From assembly GCF_000485595.1 (NCBI RefSeq), contig NW_014577078.1:909115-973114 (forward strand): 64,000 nt of DNA, written 5' to 3'. Origin of the DNA: Priapulus caudatus (Eukaryota). Positions 48,701 through 63,700 of this stretch are shown piece after piece; positions within the stretch are counted from its first letter, which is position 1; each line of letters begins with the position of its first letter. The position numbers and the translations under genes are program-made. The notes beneath the pieces are model-generated. The model saw only the letters and a list, made by a program, of their open reading frames with translations, did not search any database and was not told the origin of the DNA.

Positions 48701-51700
48701 ACGAATTTCCCTTGTTTATTGATGTCACACTCCTTCCCTATTATCTACTCCTGACCGATATGAACTGACATAAATGCCCCTTTGACCTGTTGACTGTATA
48801 TTCTATTTGAGATCCTCCCCCCATGCCCCGAGACAAGGAAGTGTTGCTCCTTCTGGCTTAATAACCTGAATGTGCCTTCTGCTTGCTTACCGGTATCACA
48901 CGTTTCCCTACTTCCCGGAATGAAGTTGGAGCCATCGGGACACATGCAGTTGTATCCACCAGGGATGAGCACACACAGGTGTGAGCAGAAGTTCTCCGGA
49001 CAGCGAGACTGTATCGTCTGGTTGTAGCGATGTATCTGGAAGATCTTGATGTCCGTCACGGTGTTCAATCCTGCAATGCAATGCGTGTGCATATCTTGTA
49101 GTGCATCTTATAGCCAGACACAATCGCTGGCGCATAACAATAATTGGTGTGTAATTGTTCGTATATTGCACATTATATATATATATATATATATATATAA
49201 TACTTGTTAAAGAACTATCATAGCTTACTATGTGTAACAACGATTTATAGGTTATTGCATTTTGCTGCAGATATAGAACAACTCAATTCAAACCCAGTGT
49301 CATGACCGTATGGAATTGATTTACTTTTAATCGTTAAAAAATGGTTCATTAGAGAAATGACAACAACGTCATACCTAAATGTAGCACCCTAGCTATTATA
49401 TTACCCAGTGTCATTGAATTTCTGCATTACATACCATCTTGTACTGTGACCTTGACTCCACGACCAAACTTGTCTTGCATGTACACAGCACCGGTATCAT
49501 GAGAGACCCAATACAGCCAATTTTCAAACACGTCCAGTCTGTACGGCTTATTTAAATCTGGAAGAAATGAAAATTGCACATGAAATTCTCAAGTTGGTAA
49601 AGATGATCTATTGTCACTGCATAAATGCACAAGTGTTCATCTGAACTAAGGTATAACACACGACAGCAGCTGTATGTATTTTAATTTCACACGTGAATGC
49701 ATCCACAAACACACATTCTCACACAGACACAGACATACATGCACAAATGTACGCATGCACACGCACATGCACCAAACAGCGGCCGCACAAATACCCCCCC
49801 CCCCACACACACACAGGTAATATAAGCACTCATACATGTGCACATACCCACAGAGACAGACTGAATCCTTATCATTACATACTTGAGAACATTCTGAGGA
49901 TAACGAGTCTGTCCGAGCCATCAGCATTCATTGACTAGATGAGTTCCTGATTGTGATCGCAGCAGTACACACACAACACAGTGGATCCACCCCCCCCCCA
50001 ACACACACACACACACGTAAACACGCATACATGCATACATGCACACAGAGACTGCGTGAGCACTCATCGTTGCATACCTTTCCTGAGGATAACAAGTCTG
50101 TCGGAGCCATCCGCATTCATCGACTCGATGAGTTCCTGCTTGTGATCGCACCAGTACACGCGGTGATTTGCCGAATAATCAATAGCGAGACCGGTAGGCT
50201 TGCTCAGGCCCGTCTTGACCAGCACCTTGCGGTGTTCTCCGTTCATGTACGCCGACTCTATCTTAGGCGTGGAGCCGTAGTCCGTCCAGTAGAGCATGCT
50301 GCAAGAGAATGTCCAGTTATGATTGTAATATACTTACAGGAACACATGACAAGTAGATATTGGCACCCTCTTCAGTTGACCTCATGCGGTGACTGAGGTT
50401 CCAGAGGCAGCTGCCATGTTTCCCTTGCTTTGCTCAACCGTGAGTTTCAAGTGTCATGTTTAGGTGGAGGCTAGTTAATACGGCCATGTTGTGTGTTGTT
50501 TCTCACCGACCACGCTACAACATTGCTGTTTTCCTCACAATGGTTCAGTTATCTTCTTACATCTAGTTTTTTCACGTGTATAGATACCATGTTGATTCAT
50601 TAACATGGCAGCCTACAGGGTGGGAACAATAGATTATAGAGAAAAAATTGAAGTGAATCAAATAAATTCTTAAAGCATATATCCAACCTTCATTGTCAAT
50701 TGAGTATGTCTGTAAGGAGTTTAATTAAAAGTTGCTGCTAACATTTGAAAAAAAAAATCTAATATACATACCCAAGTTCTGGATTCACTGCAACATCTCC
50801 AGGTTGCTGCAAGTTATCCTCCACGATCGTTTTGGGATAACGTCCGTCCAAAGTGGAAACAGAAATTCGTCTTCGACCACCGTCAGTGAAATAGAGATTC
50901 CTGCACGACAAGGTTATGCATTTATACCGTTTATACTGACTATATGCTGACCAGTCACAGTCAGGTTTGCAGTTCATGGACAGTGACTACCTTCATAAAT
51001 CATATCACGTCACTAACCCACCAATCTAGACACTGGGACCAAGGTAGAGTAGACGAAAAATGAAGTTACAAATGAAATGCTCTGTTTTCCCTAAATATCA
51101 ACTTAATATATGCCAATATATCAATATATATCAATATATGCCTCTCATCAAACACAATATTGCATACACCTGTTGAAAACCTTCTCTCAAGTGACCTAAC
51201 ACCATTCGTTTCTTTTCAAAAGCCAGTGGCCTGCCAGTGAGTTGTTAATTTCCACCACACATTCAAACTCTTAGTACTGCAATGAGTTATATAATTACAC
51301 TCAAACTGCATGGCCATCTTTAGCAATTACTCAGAGCTCCAGAGTCGCCACTATACAAAACTGACGGTGCCACCGTAACCTGTCATGACGTGTGCACCCA
51401 TTCAATCGCAGCAACTCACACTTCACAGCCACAGCTCACGCGAACATCAAGCGCAGAGACCTGCGGCGAGGCAAGCGGGAGCAGCGCAACTGCCACCGCT
51501 CGTGTCTCTCCAAACCGCCAGATTGCGCCACCCTACCTGCCGACCCAGTCACCGCTCGTCTCTCTCCAAACCGCCCGCCAGAGTGCGCCACCCTACCTGC
51601 CGATCCAGTCGACAGCGATGCCCTCGGGATTCTGCGCGTCGAGCAGCTGCTGCGGCTGCCCGACGTCGTTCGGACCGACCATGCTCGCGCGCACCAGCTT

Positions 51701-54700
51701 CTTGCGCTCGCCGTCGGCCCAGTACAGCAGGTTGCGCTTCGGGTCGTAGTCGATCGCCTGGATGAGCTTCTGGTTGGCAATCAGGTCGCCGTACTCGAGC
51801 TGCGCCTTGTCGACGAGCTTGTAGCTGCGAATCTCCGGCCCGTTCGAGAACAGGATGACGGCCGGCTTGCCCAACGCGCGGCAGTTCATGCCTGCAGTGG
51901 CGAGACAGGAGTCATGACGGTGATAGCGTTGCAGTGAGAGGGTTTATGATAACTGACGACGTAATGCCATCACGTTTTGACTGTATGTATTGTTACGACG
52001 GCGACGTAGATGTGATCACATATGTAAAGTCATGACAGTGATAACATTGTTGTCATGTATGATGCCACAGTATGATGATTTGTTATTTCACTGACATAGT
52101 TATATACGATTCCTTTACATCACTAAATTCTGTTTATCAGCAATTGCATTAACCTTGTTAACCTTGTGCAATCCTAATATAACCTACAATTTTGCTAGTA
52201 TGGGATCCCAACCTACTACTCCTCTGTCACGCAATCATAACTTAGCATGCTACTAGCATATAATCCTGACCTACATTGCTACTAGTGTGTAAATCCATGC
52301 TAATACTCTACCTACACAAGTCTAGGCAGCCGAAATCGCAACAGATTATCATACCCTTTCGCCCAGACGACATGACGTCGTCGAATCCTGGCAGACACTC
52401 GCAGCCGTACGATCCCTTCACGTTGACACAGAGCTGCGAGCAGTTGTGGCCAAAAGTCGCACACTCATCGACGTCGAGGCAGCTGGTTTTTTCCTTTGGC
52501 GACACGGCGAAGCCAGAGTTACAGCTGCATAGGTGGCCGTTTGTCGTCGGTGTGCACATTTGCGAGCAGCCTCCGTTGTTTGCACCGCAGCCCGTGCCAG
52601 CCTTGTCTGTAAATGCAGTTGCACCAGTAATAAATAATAAATACAGTATCTCGAGACGGTGATTTTTCTGTATATCAAAACCTGCAGTGTGAGGACTATG
52701 ATATTGAACTGCGCACAGCCTGAAAGGCGTTACTATTCAGGAATGAATATATCTTTTATTATATCCACATCTTATTGATGAGATTTCATTGACAGAAATG
52801 ACTATTACAATTTTAGCTTTAATCCTAAAATGGTAAAAAAAACAATGAAGAACATTCTTAACAGTAATAATCTCATTCTAATTATTACTTCAAGTACTTA
52901 GTACTTCTATATAAACCTTTAAAGCGCACATAGATATTATATATTATACATATATATATATACATATACATGGTATTGATTTTGGATAACTGTGGTGAAA
53001 CGTGTATGAAGATAAGGGGCAGTGTGTAGGTAAAAGTAGGGGACATGTGTTGATGGGGTAAGGAAAGGGATTGTATGGGTGAAATGGGGAGTAGGATATT
53101 ACTCACGGCAGCTAAGTTCATCAGATCTATCGCCACAGTCATCATACTCGTCACACAGAGCACTGGCTGGCACACACTTCTGATTGGCACACCTGCAATA
53201 ATGCAATTCAACAATGAAAAAGAGTGTAGTTCGACTTTAGACAATGGATACAGCCATTTCTTTCTATGTCAACTCGTAATCCCAATAGTATGCATTAATA
53301 GAACATTATGTCCAAGCTAAAATGCACATTCTTCCTACCGTCCACATTCAAAAACCATTGTGACATACACGTGACCTCACCTGAACTCCTTGACGGTGCA
53401 ATTAAGTGGCTTAGGCTTGCACACGGTGTAGTTGTTCTCATCTGAGCCATCCCCACAGTTGTCTACACCATCACACAGCCGATACTTCGGTATGCAAACC
53501 TCATTCTTACAGCGGAACTTCGTCTCACTTGGACAATCGATTTGATCTGTAGAAACCATTCGAGGTAATTCGATAAACCATGTTTTGTAACAACAATAGA
53601 CAATGGACCTGTGCAAAAATGGGTTTCCATGAAGCACAAGCTATGTAATCTACTATGTATCTCACGCTGGAGAGCATATCACCTAGCTATAGAGATGCTA
53701 TTACTTCCTTATTGTTATTCCAACGACTGCAATGATTCAGAGTGACTGTAGTAATTAAGCTTGTAAATTATTACCATTATTAGACGTCTATTCATTGCAT
53801 CTACATTGTTAATTCTTGTCTAGCCAGTTCAAAAGAAATAAATGCAAAAGATTCCCCAACGCAATTGCCGAAATGATTTTGCAGCACCCTACATGCGAGT
53901 TGGAATATTTTACTGCATCGTTTCAGCATAAAAACTTACAACATTGCTCCAGTTTTTCATCAGACCTATCTCCACAATCGTCCATGCCATCACATCTGGC
54001 TGACATGTCCACACAGAGCTGTCCAGAAAACAAACAAGTAACCTTATCATAAAGGATCACACTACAGTTTTCACATGTAGCCATGATATCTCCGTGCTGC
54101 AATATATCTTTCTTTCTTAGAATCTATCAGGTTATTAAGGAGTGATGAAAATCCATTTGGAAAACATCAATACTGTTCAAAATTAACACAATCGAGAAGA
54201 ATCGAGAAGTATCAATTGCCAAGCAGGCGCGTTAAATTATTGAAAACATTTGTCTCCCGGACAGACTTCAGTATTCTTGACCACGTACAGTGTTGTCGCA
54301 CTGGAACTTCTCTGGCCGACAGTAACGGCCGCCTGGGAAGCGGGGTGGACAGTCCTTCTCATCCGACAGGTCATGGCAGTTCTTCTTGCCATCGCAGCGT
54401 GTTGTATTCGCAACACAGTGACCACTGCAACACATGCAATATGCATCAGTGTGTGAGGAAAAGGGGGATGAATTCATATCTGTATGCGTGTGTCTGTATA
54501 CATCTCTGACATGAGATCTGTGACATGAGATTGTACACAGTCATCAATTTTAATAAAACATTACTAAAGAAAGAAGAGTAATGACTTAGCTTGGAAGCCA
54601 GCATTGTCCACCAAGATTTTCACGTGTAACAATACAGTAGACCACAGTACAATACAAGTCTTGATGGCAGATATCCTAAGCATAGAATACAATACCTGGC

Positions 54701-57700
54701 ACACTGGAATTGGTCGGAAAATTTGCATTTGTAGTACAAGCAATCTTTCTCATCACTTTTGTCGGAACAGTCATTGTCGTGATCGCAGCGCCATCTGCCA
54801 TTAATGCACTTGTTGTTGTCACAACGGAACTCTGACTCCGAACATTGGCGGAAATTGTTCTCTGCAATTATGTATAAAAGATAAGAGTACGCACCATGGT
54901 TGGTGTGTGACACGGGGCTACATACAAACACATGCAGATACACACTTGCGTAATGCACATTTAAACATGAACGGACGCACGCACCCACGCACACACACAC
55001 TCGCACATACGCCTGTCACTTTCCATCACTTCTGTTGCATCAGACCTTCAATACTACAAACCACCATATACCACATGTACCACATATTCCACATATATAA
55101 CATATACTACACTAAATGCACTACATACAATATAAACATAAATATATAAATGCATGTGTGCACATGCACTACGGGCACAGTACGGTAACGTACGGCACAT
55201 GGTCTCCTCTTCGTCGGAGCCATCTTTGCAGTCACTCTCAAAGTCGCACACCCAGCGTTTCGGCACACAGCGGCCATTGCCGCAGCGGAAGTCGCCGTCT
55301 GCGTCGCACGTAGGGCACGTCGCCACGTTCTCGTCCGTGTTGTCATGGCAGTCGTCGTTGCCGTCGCAGAACTGCCAGCGTGGGATGCAGCGCCACGAGT
55401 TGCCCCCCGTGCAGCGCTGCCAGCCGGCCGGACACGCCTTGTTCCCTGGCGGAGCAAGCATCACAGTTAGACGCAGCTTTTACGGCAAAGGCCCCGTGCA
55501 ATAGCATGAACTTTCGTACCCTTGTGTACAGTAATTTGGTAAATTGTGTCATAAATGGGTCACCTTGCCGGCATTATATCATTTGTGACTATTATAGTGC
55601 CATCCACGAGTAGGGGAAATTGCACACGGTCAGTCAGATGAAAGATCAGATATGGAATACACTCGATAGCCAAATTCGAAATAAATACATAAGATCGAGA
55701 GTTTATCATGCTGAAAAGTGCTGCATGGTTTTAGCATAGGTGTAATGACAGTTTAATGTGAAATGTCATCCAATACACAACAGCGATGAACATTACACAA
55801 AGGTTCGAAGGTCATTCAAAGGTCATTCAAAGAGCTCGATTTCTGATTACATTCACACGTATCATCAGTTTCTGTTCAATTTAGCAAAAACACGTTCAAT
55901 TTAGCAAAACCTACCCGAATAATGCATTACGACAATCGGTTATGTATGCAACCGTGTTGACAGATTTCCCTAAGTCTGCATGACGTGCATACATGGCGCC
56001 ACATGTGCATGCATGTGTATATTTCATCTATAGATGTGCGTATATTTAAACAAAAACTCATCTAATTAATCTAACATGATGCCACAGCATGCTGCTAACA
56101 CTTACTGCACTCATTGTATGGCTCATCGCTGTCATCGCCACAGTCGTTGTCATAGTCACATTTCCACGACTCTGGTATGCAGCGGCCATTCTTGCAGCTG
56201 AACTCGTCCGTGTCGCAAGTTCTATTTTCTGCAAATGAACACGTACAGAGGGTCATTAAAACAATTCATTTTCCTTTAAATAATAATATCGAATAATGTC
56301 AACTTTTGAGGATGGGAGATTAGGCCCTGCCATATTCAACCAAATGACATTACCACACATATACATATAATAAAAATAGTATGACTAATATTGATTCTGT
56401 GGCCCCATATGTGAGAAAAACCAAGAAAGCTAGCAGCAATGATAACACTGACGACATGGATGTACACCATAGTTGATATATTTACTATAAGAATATACTT
56501 ACTGCATACAGCATCCGTTTCATCAGAACCATCTTTGCAGTCCTTATCAATGTCACACAGCCAGGCTTTTGGTATGCACCGTCCACTATCTGTACACTTG
56601 AATTGCCACGGCTCACAAGGTCTATCGTCTAGGAATAATAATGTTAGCAGTCATTACATCATCTGGATCACTCTGGTCAATGAATGAATCTATGGTGTGG
56701 TTTGTACACCAAAGGCAATTTTTCCCCAAGACATTTTTATGGACATTCCCAGGACTTAAAAGGACAATTTTTTCTATTTTCCAGAACACAAAGATACAAT
56801 ACTATTAGAATATGGAATATCAAAAACCCAATAATACAAATATTGGCCTCATAACATAATCAATATCTACAAAAAGCACATTGAATTCGATTCCCTTAAC
56901 TGTGACGAGAGAAGAAACAAAAAAAAACATGAGCAAGAAAGGCAAGACATGGGCGCGTACCACAGTCCTGTTCATCACTGTTATCACCGCAGTCATCATC
57001 GCCGTCACACAGGGCATAAGCTTTTGTGCAGTTGTCATTTCTGCACTGGAATTCACCTTTGGGACAGCTGCGTGGTGCTGGAAAGCATAACAGATGCAGT
57101 TAATTACAACTTCTATCTAATAAGGTATTCACAACACTAGATATAGGTACACTCTCCTTAACTACAATTACAGCAGACTAAATTTGAATTGGAAAAATAT
57201 ACACGATAATTTTAATGTTTAGTGCGCTAAATGGGGTAGAACATAAACACAAATGCAGAATGTGCATGTTCTGCTTATGAAATATTAATCTATTATTTCA
57301 GTGTCCTAATCACTTGGACAAAAGTCATCAATGTTATGTTCCTACTAGTATTAAAAGCTTCATTGATGGTCACTTACATTGCAAATTAAAACCAGACATA
57401 TTTATCACTACACTGCTCTAAAAACATCACATCATTTGGATATGACGTGTGCTGTGGGTATCATATTCACGACAAATACTCGCGACTGTGGGCAAATGCA
57501 AACGTACGGCACTCTGGTGGTTCGTCGGAGCCGTCCTTACAATCCGGTACGCCGTCACACTTGAGCCGGTATGGAAGACACCGGTCATCACTGCGGCCGC
57601 ACTGGAACTGCCCAGCCTGCGAATGGACGATACGTTAAGGTGAGCAATGAGTAATGGTTCTAATTCATAATAGATGGCAATCTGACAATGGTGATGGACC

Positions 57701-60700
57701 AATCTAGTGTTAAAAGCAAACATTAAACATGGGACATGTACCTATTCCCTCAGCTACTGTGGTGAGAAACAAACCAGCTCATGTTACATCATTCAATATG
57801 TCTATCAAAGTAAATATTCTCTATATATCTCATTTATACCTTGCTCCAAGAAGTGGCCATATATCGCATGACTTATCACTAGTGCTTTACTGATTCATAA
57901 TCTGTTGATTTAGCCCTTGATTTTGTCTACAGCACATCTAAATGCCTCAAAAAGGGGTACACATGTGGGGGCCACATAAGAGATCGTGATGCACAAGTCT
58001 AGACACCGAGGGGAACTGACAGAGAAGAGACAAAATAGCCACGGTATTTCGACCATCCCCAGTCAATTTCTACTCACAGGGCAGTTGGCTGTACAAGTCA
58101 TATTGTCCGACTGTAGGATGAAATGATTAGGACAGGCGCAGGTGTAGCTCTCCCCGCCCGGCGCAATCAAACACAGGTGCGAGCAACGGCCATTGTTCGA
58201 TCCACAGGGGTTCTTGCCTACGTGAATGAAGACACAAAACATCACATTGGATCGTAGCAGGAAATCTCATGTACTAAAACTATGTGTCAATTAAATAATG
58301 AGCACCCTCATCTCACAGTGCATGAACCACAGTGTGAGCATCTGAGAATCAGTGACACATACTCATGGGCTGACGCAGAGGGTGTATAATTTTCACATCC
58401 ATGGGTCGATGGGTGACATTGGCCAAAACTTGTCTGTTTTCTCCCGTAAGTTTGTGAGCCCTGTACAATCCAAGCGTGTTCCAGTCGGTCCAGTAGATCC
58501 AGTCCTATACGAACATAAAATGCCAATGCTTATATGGATGGCATTCCAATATAAAGACAGCAAGTTTTAGCTAAGACGTGTACTACCAATTTGTTGGCAG
58601 TCATGCAAGGTACTGACAGCATTATAAACTGCACAGTTAACACATCATTGATATGCATCATAATTGATATTGCCACAATGTTAAGTTTTAGCTACTCGAC
58701 CAGTGCAGTGAGACTGATATACAGGACTAGCTATATATGACCAAAGCGAGAGTGTCTGCTGGTGGATAAAGGATATGCGGCCAGTATAAGAGCTGTAGTA
58801 ACTCATGAATTATGAATCTTGGTAACTCGATCTCACCTCAAATATGGTGAGAGCGAATGGGTGAGCTAGTCCACTGTCAGTGATCACGTGTCGGTTGGTA
58901 CCATCAAGGTTTGCGAATTCTATCCTATCCAAATGCGCATCAGTCCAGAACAAGCGCTGTGTCACATACTCAATAGTTAGCCCGTTTGGCCATGCTGCAA
59001 GTGGAAAGCAGAACTTTATTACAGTGATTGCTATTTAGTGTCTGCGAGCTCTGTCACAGATGCAATATGTGAAGGAATCATTGCATATTGAGAGCAATAT
59101 ACTGCAACAGAAATAGCTAGGATCTGCATGTCCTGTTACAAGAAATATATTTGGGGAAGGTCACTGTAAATGCAAACACTGTAAGAAGATGATAATAGTC
59201 TAACACTAACTTATGCTCAAAGCTTCTTAGCTTCCTCCTTTGATATGATTCTAATGCTAGCCTAATGCTATACGATTTTGCGCGGGCCGCAGTCGTAAGC
59301 CCTCGCACCCTATACGACCCGCTCCCGATCGATCGGGAGGCCCCCCCCCCCACACTGTACGACTCAAAAGTCGGCGCTAACCATGGTACTCTCGTGGCGT
59401 TCCAAGCGGATTTAGCGTGTACTAAGGGTCAGGAGTGTTTTCCCGCCATTTTTACCGAATGCGGTTCCCATGGCGCTGCTCTGCGATTGGTCAATTTTCT
59501 TCAGCGCTCGGCGGCGGGTCGGATGGCCACGCACACTATCCGAGTCGCGTCGTAAGCCCTCGCACACTATACGACCCGCTCCGCTCCAGATTCAAAATTC
59601 GAATCAGCCCAAAATGACCTCCCGAGCCAAACTTAAGCCTTCCGATCCAGAAGTAAGCCTCCCGATCGCGCTCGGGTCGTATAGTGTGCGGCTAGCATTA
59701 CATGACTTATGAAGGATCCATTTTCACTTGGGAAATTAAAGACATGGCTAGCACATATTACTATGCAGGCAACTCACAGCCCATAAACAACACATGCCAG
59801 GTAATACACCATGCTATATAATAACGTTCTCATCGTTCTTTATACACTACTCATGCAGTACTTGTGTAGATTATGCTTGAGAATTTCGATTGGCTAGCAC
59901 TTACACATCTTGTCAGTAATAACCCTTGATCGATTTGTTCCATCCATACCGATCCGACCAACGTAGGGAATTAGTCCCCAGTCTGTCCAGTAGATATATC
60001 TGAAAGAAACCATCAACATAGTCAGACCCTACGACTGTATGAATAACACTTGGCACAAAATCATGACGTCTTGGCCGATTGGAAGACCGAGAGTATAACC
60101 CTACAATGCAAGTTTCCTGGAAGATTACAAGCTGCATGTTTGGCTGGACCAGAACCTTGCCTTTTCTCACAGCTTATACAGCATTTAGGCAGAAATGTAA
60201 CGATTTTGACCACATGACATGGTCATGACTGCAAAAAGGTGCTAAAGCACACTTTCGACCAAATCTACACCATCTATCACGATTTTTGACACTATTATCA
60301 CGGACATTACACCAATTTACATTATCGATGAAGCATTAGAAAACTGCTTGCTTTCAATACTGAACCAATCACTGAAAATCATGCCTACCCACCTGACTTA
60401 TTACCCCCCATCTACGTGCGAAACCAAGATCTTGAACAAAAACCAAAGAGATCATCAAACGTCGACAGGCACGCTACATACCCGATCTGTGGGAAGACGG
60501 AGACAGCACGCGGCTCTTCCATCTGGTGCTGTATCAGAGTCCAGCGGCTGGTACCGTTCAACTCGGCGACGTTCATCGTGCGCTGACGCCGGTCGAGCCA
60601 GTACATCTTGCGGCCGACCCAGTCGACAGCTAGTCCCTCGAGCGCTCGTATGTTGTCTGTGACCAGCTCCTCAACACCTGCACACAATATGGTTGCAACA

Positions 60701-63700
60701 TTGCACTCATGGGCTGGTTTTACGTCACTTCGCTTCAGGTGCAAGCTTTCTTAGATGACTTGTGAAGCGAGATACTTGTGAAGAACGTCGAGAGCATAAA
60801 TAATACGATTTTTGATTTAAGCACCTATGTAGTGCTTTGGAATGACGTGTCACCTAGACAGGTGCACTTGACAGTAGGTCTATGCTTGCCCTTAATTTAA
60901 TGCAGTACATTATACATTATAATAAAGTAATGGTACACACTATTACTGATTATCGGAATATTTCCAACAGTGACCATTAAAAGTAGATGATAGTTATAAA
61001 CCAGAATTTGTTCACAATACTAATCACAATTATGCACAAAATGATATGAAGATGTGTAGGTGTGCCAGTAAACTTAATAACGTACCGATGCTACAGTACA
61101 AATTACGGTTATTATGGCTATAGCATAAATATTCGTGTTGGTAGGTTGTGTCTGTAATAATGACAAATCATTCTACAAACGCACCATGAACCAACTCAAA
61201 TATGGTGTAATTAATGACCGTAATTAGTAATGTAGCTGGGCGTGCTATGCTGTGTAAGAAGGGTAGCAAAAAAGGGTGCAAAAAATTCATCATCAAGGAT
61301 TATGCGTCGTTATGTTATACGTGATTATGCTAAGAGGACATGCACACCAAAAGCAATGCATGTGCCTCTTCCTGTGGTATTCCAAATTTCTTCTCTTGAC
61401 TGGAAAAAGCCAGAGATGCATCAGAGCTAGCTACTCATGACCTTGCAAACCCGGGTTCTGGTGAGAATAGCTGTAAGACTTAACTTCAGGGTCAATGTTA
61501 ATGCCAATGTTAATATTATACACTGCATGTACAGAAATATTGCAATAACCAATCAGTTCAGCACATTATAAAAACGACACATTTACTATCTGCGTGCATG
61601 TGTGTAACCATAGCTACTTACTCTGTGGTTGAGGGGAAAACAGCATAAAATTTTACTTTCGAATGGCTTTGGTTAAAGGGACAAATTCAACCACAATGAA
61701 TTGCACCTATGGGGACCATTATCATGAACCTGTGTATATTCACATTTCAATTTCGATTCATACAATTAACTTTTAGAAAGATGGACAATTACAAGCTAAT
61801 GATGGTAAGCCCCACAGAGTGTAGAATAGTCTGATTGCCTGAAATATTTCTGCTACGTGTGTACATATTGAATGCTGGATACAAGCAATAAATACATAGA
61901 GAGCAGAAAACTGCACATGAAACTGTGAAATGAAGCCATCTGATCACTCAGAACAGATAGACACGAGCATGCATTGTCTGTCTCTGAGTACAAGATTGCA
62001 TCCGCTTAGAACAGATGAGACATCTGATCTAGGCACAGGATCGCCATTTCACTGACGTGAAAAAAACAACTCAAAACTCAACCGTGCAGCTTCCCATCTG
62101 AACCGATGAAGCAGCCAACGAAATCAACACCCGAGCCCTAAACCCTGATGACCGAAGTACCAGAATATTTGCCGAGCGTATGCTTGTGGCTCCCCAGAGC
62201 TGGCCTCACCAACGACCAGAGCGATTCATCCACTACATCCTCGACGCCTATACGTGGGATACAGTGTTGTCATAAAAACATTAGCTCCCGTCACACGCTT
62301 GACACTTGGTCAGCATCAAAGCACTCATGCCGGGTGCATGCGAGAGGTTCCCCGTCACCTAACCATCATGTGACGTTATTGATACCGAGAATCGCCCGCA
62401 TGTGCCGGCTGTATTCACCGAGTTCTCGCATTTGTGAGTAGCCAACGCAGCCATACACCAACTCAAAACAGTACTCTACAGTAAGGAGATTGATGACATT
62501 ACAGCTAGCAAGCCGCATCCAGCAGCTCTACACTGTACAGCTACTTGTCACATGTCCACAATACATACACTGATGATCTACAAGTATATCGCACATGTAA
62601 ACGGTTCTTATAGAGCAAAAAACATCCCAATTCTAACGTTGAAAGTCCACGTGAGCATGGTTAAAACACATACGACATACAGTCACACATGCACAGCAGT
62701 CAGACAGTCGTTAATGTCCAAACCTAACACACAGTAACACATGTTTGGAAGCGTGCATGCCTCTGAGACAACGTAAGCTTACCTGAGCCGTTGAAGTTCA
62801 TACGCTGTATTTTACGCATCGACACATCGCTAAAGTAAATCTTCTGTTCCTGCCAGTCAAAGTCGAGCGCGACAAGGTTCTTGTATCCGTCCTTTACGAT
62901 CGAGTAGTACATACCATCCAAGGACATGTTTCGCATGTAGTAGCGGTTGGTGAACAGTATCCATGGCGTTATATCTGAGCAGAAATGGAACAACGTGTCA
63001 ACACTATATTCAGCACGTTTCACAGACATCAGCTTTGACAATCTGACGTGTACTGATTCTGAATCACAGCTACTGATAACAGGGTATTACAGCATCTCAA
63101 GACCACAGTAATCATGAAACAACCTAGCAGTTTTCTCTTGCTCAGGATTTCACATTCTAACCGTCCACAGTCATCATGAAGGCCTGCGAGTCCCAATGTA
63201 TCAACCTCCCAAATATAACGTATTTGGCAACGTTCTGGAATAATCATCACGTATATGCTATTGCCTACACACGCCATGTTATGTGACATTCAAAATATTA
63301 AGACCAGCAGGATGCGTCGACTTACTATCAGACTTCTTGCACGAGCGTCCATCTCCCTGTTCGGCGTAGCCATTATTTACATCACACTTGCAGTTGTAAG
63401 AGCCGGGAGTGTTGACACAGATCTGAGAGCACACGCCGGGCGTATCCATGCACTCGTTCATGTCTATAAGGAATAAAAATGAATAACTATGGCATGATCA
63501 GATACGCAGTACTTTTTTTCGTCATTGGCACTTATTCAAAATCGGTTGTTATTCTGAACTTACAGGAAACACTAACAATTTCTTTTTAACATTTCTTCTT
63601 TTCTTAATTTATCTTAATTTTCTTCCATTTACCTTAAGTTTCCTTGCATTAGAATTAGAACTGCATACGGCTGCACGTACACCACATAACACTGAGTATA

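Noticed and set aside
51385..51937. Several overlapping plus-strand ORFs
   Set aside because: Antisense shadows of a GC-rich LRP2 exon.
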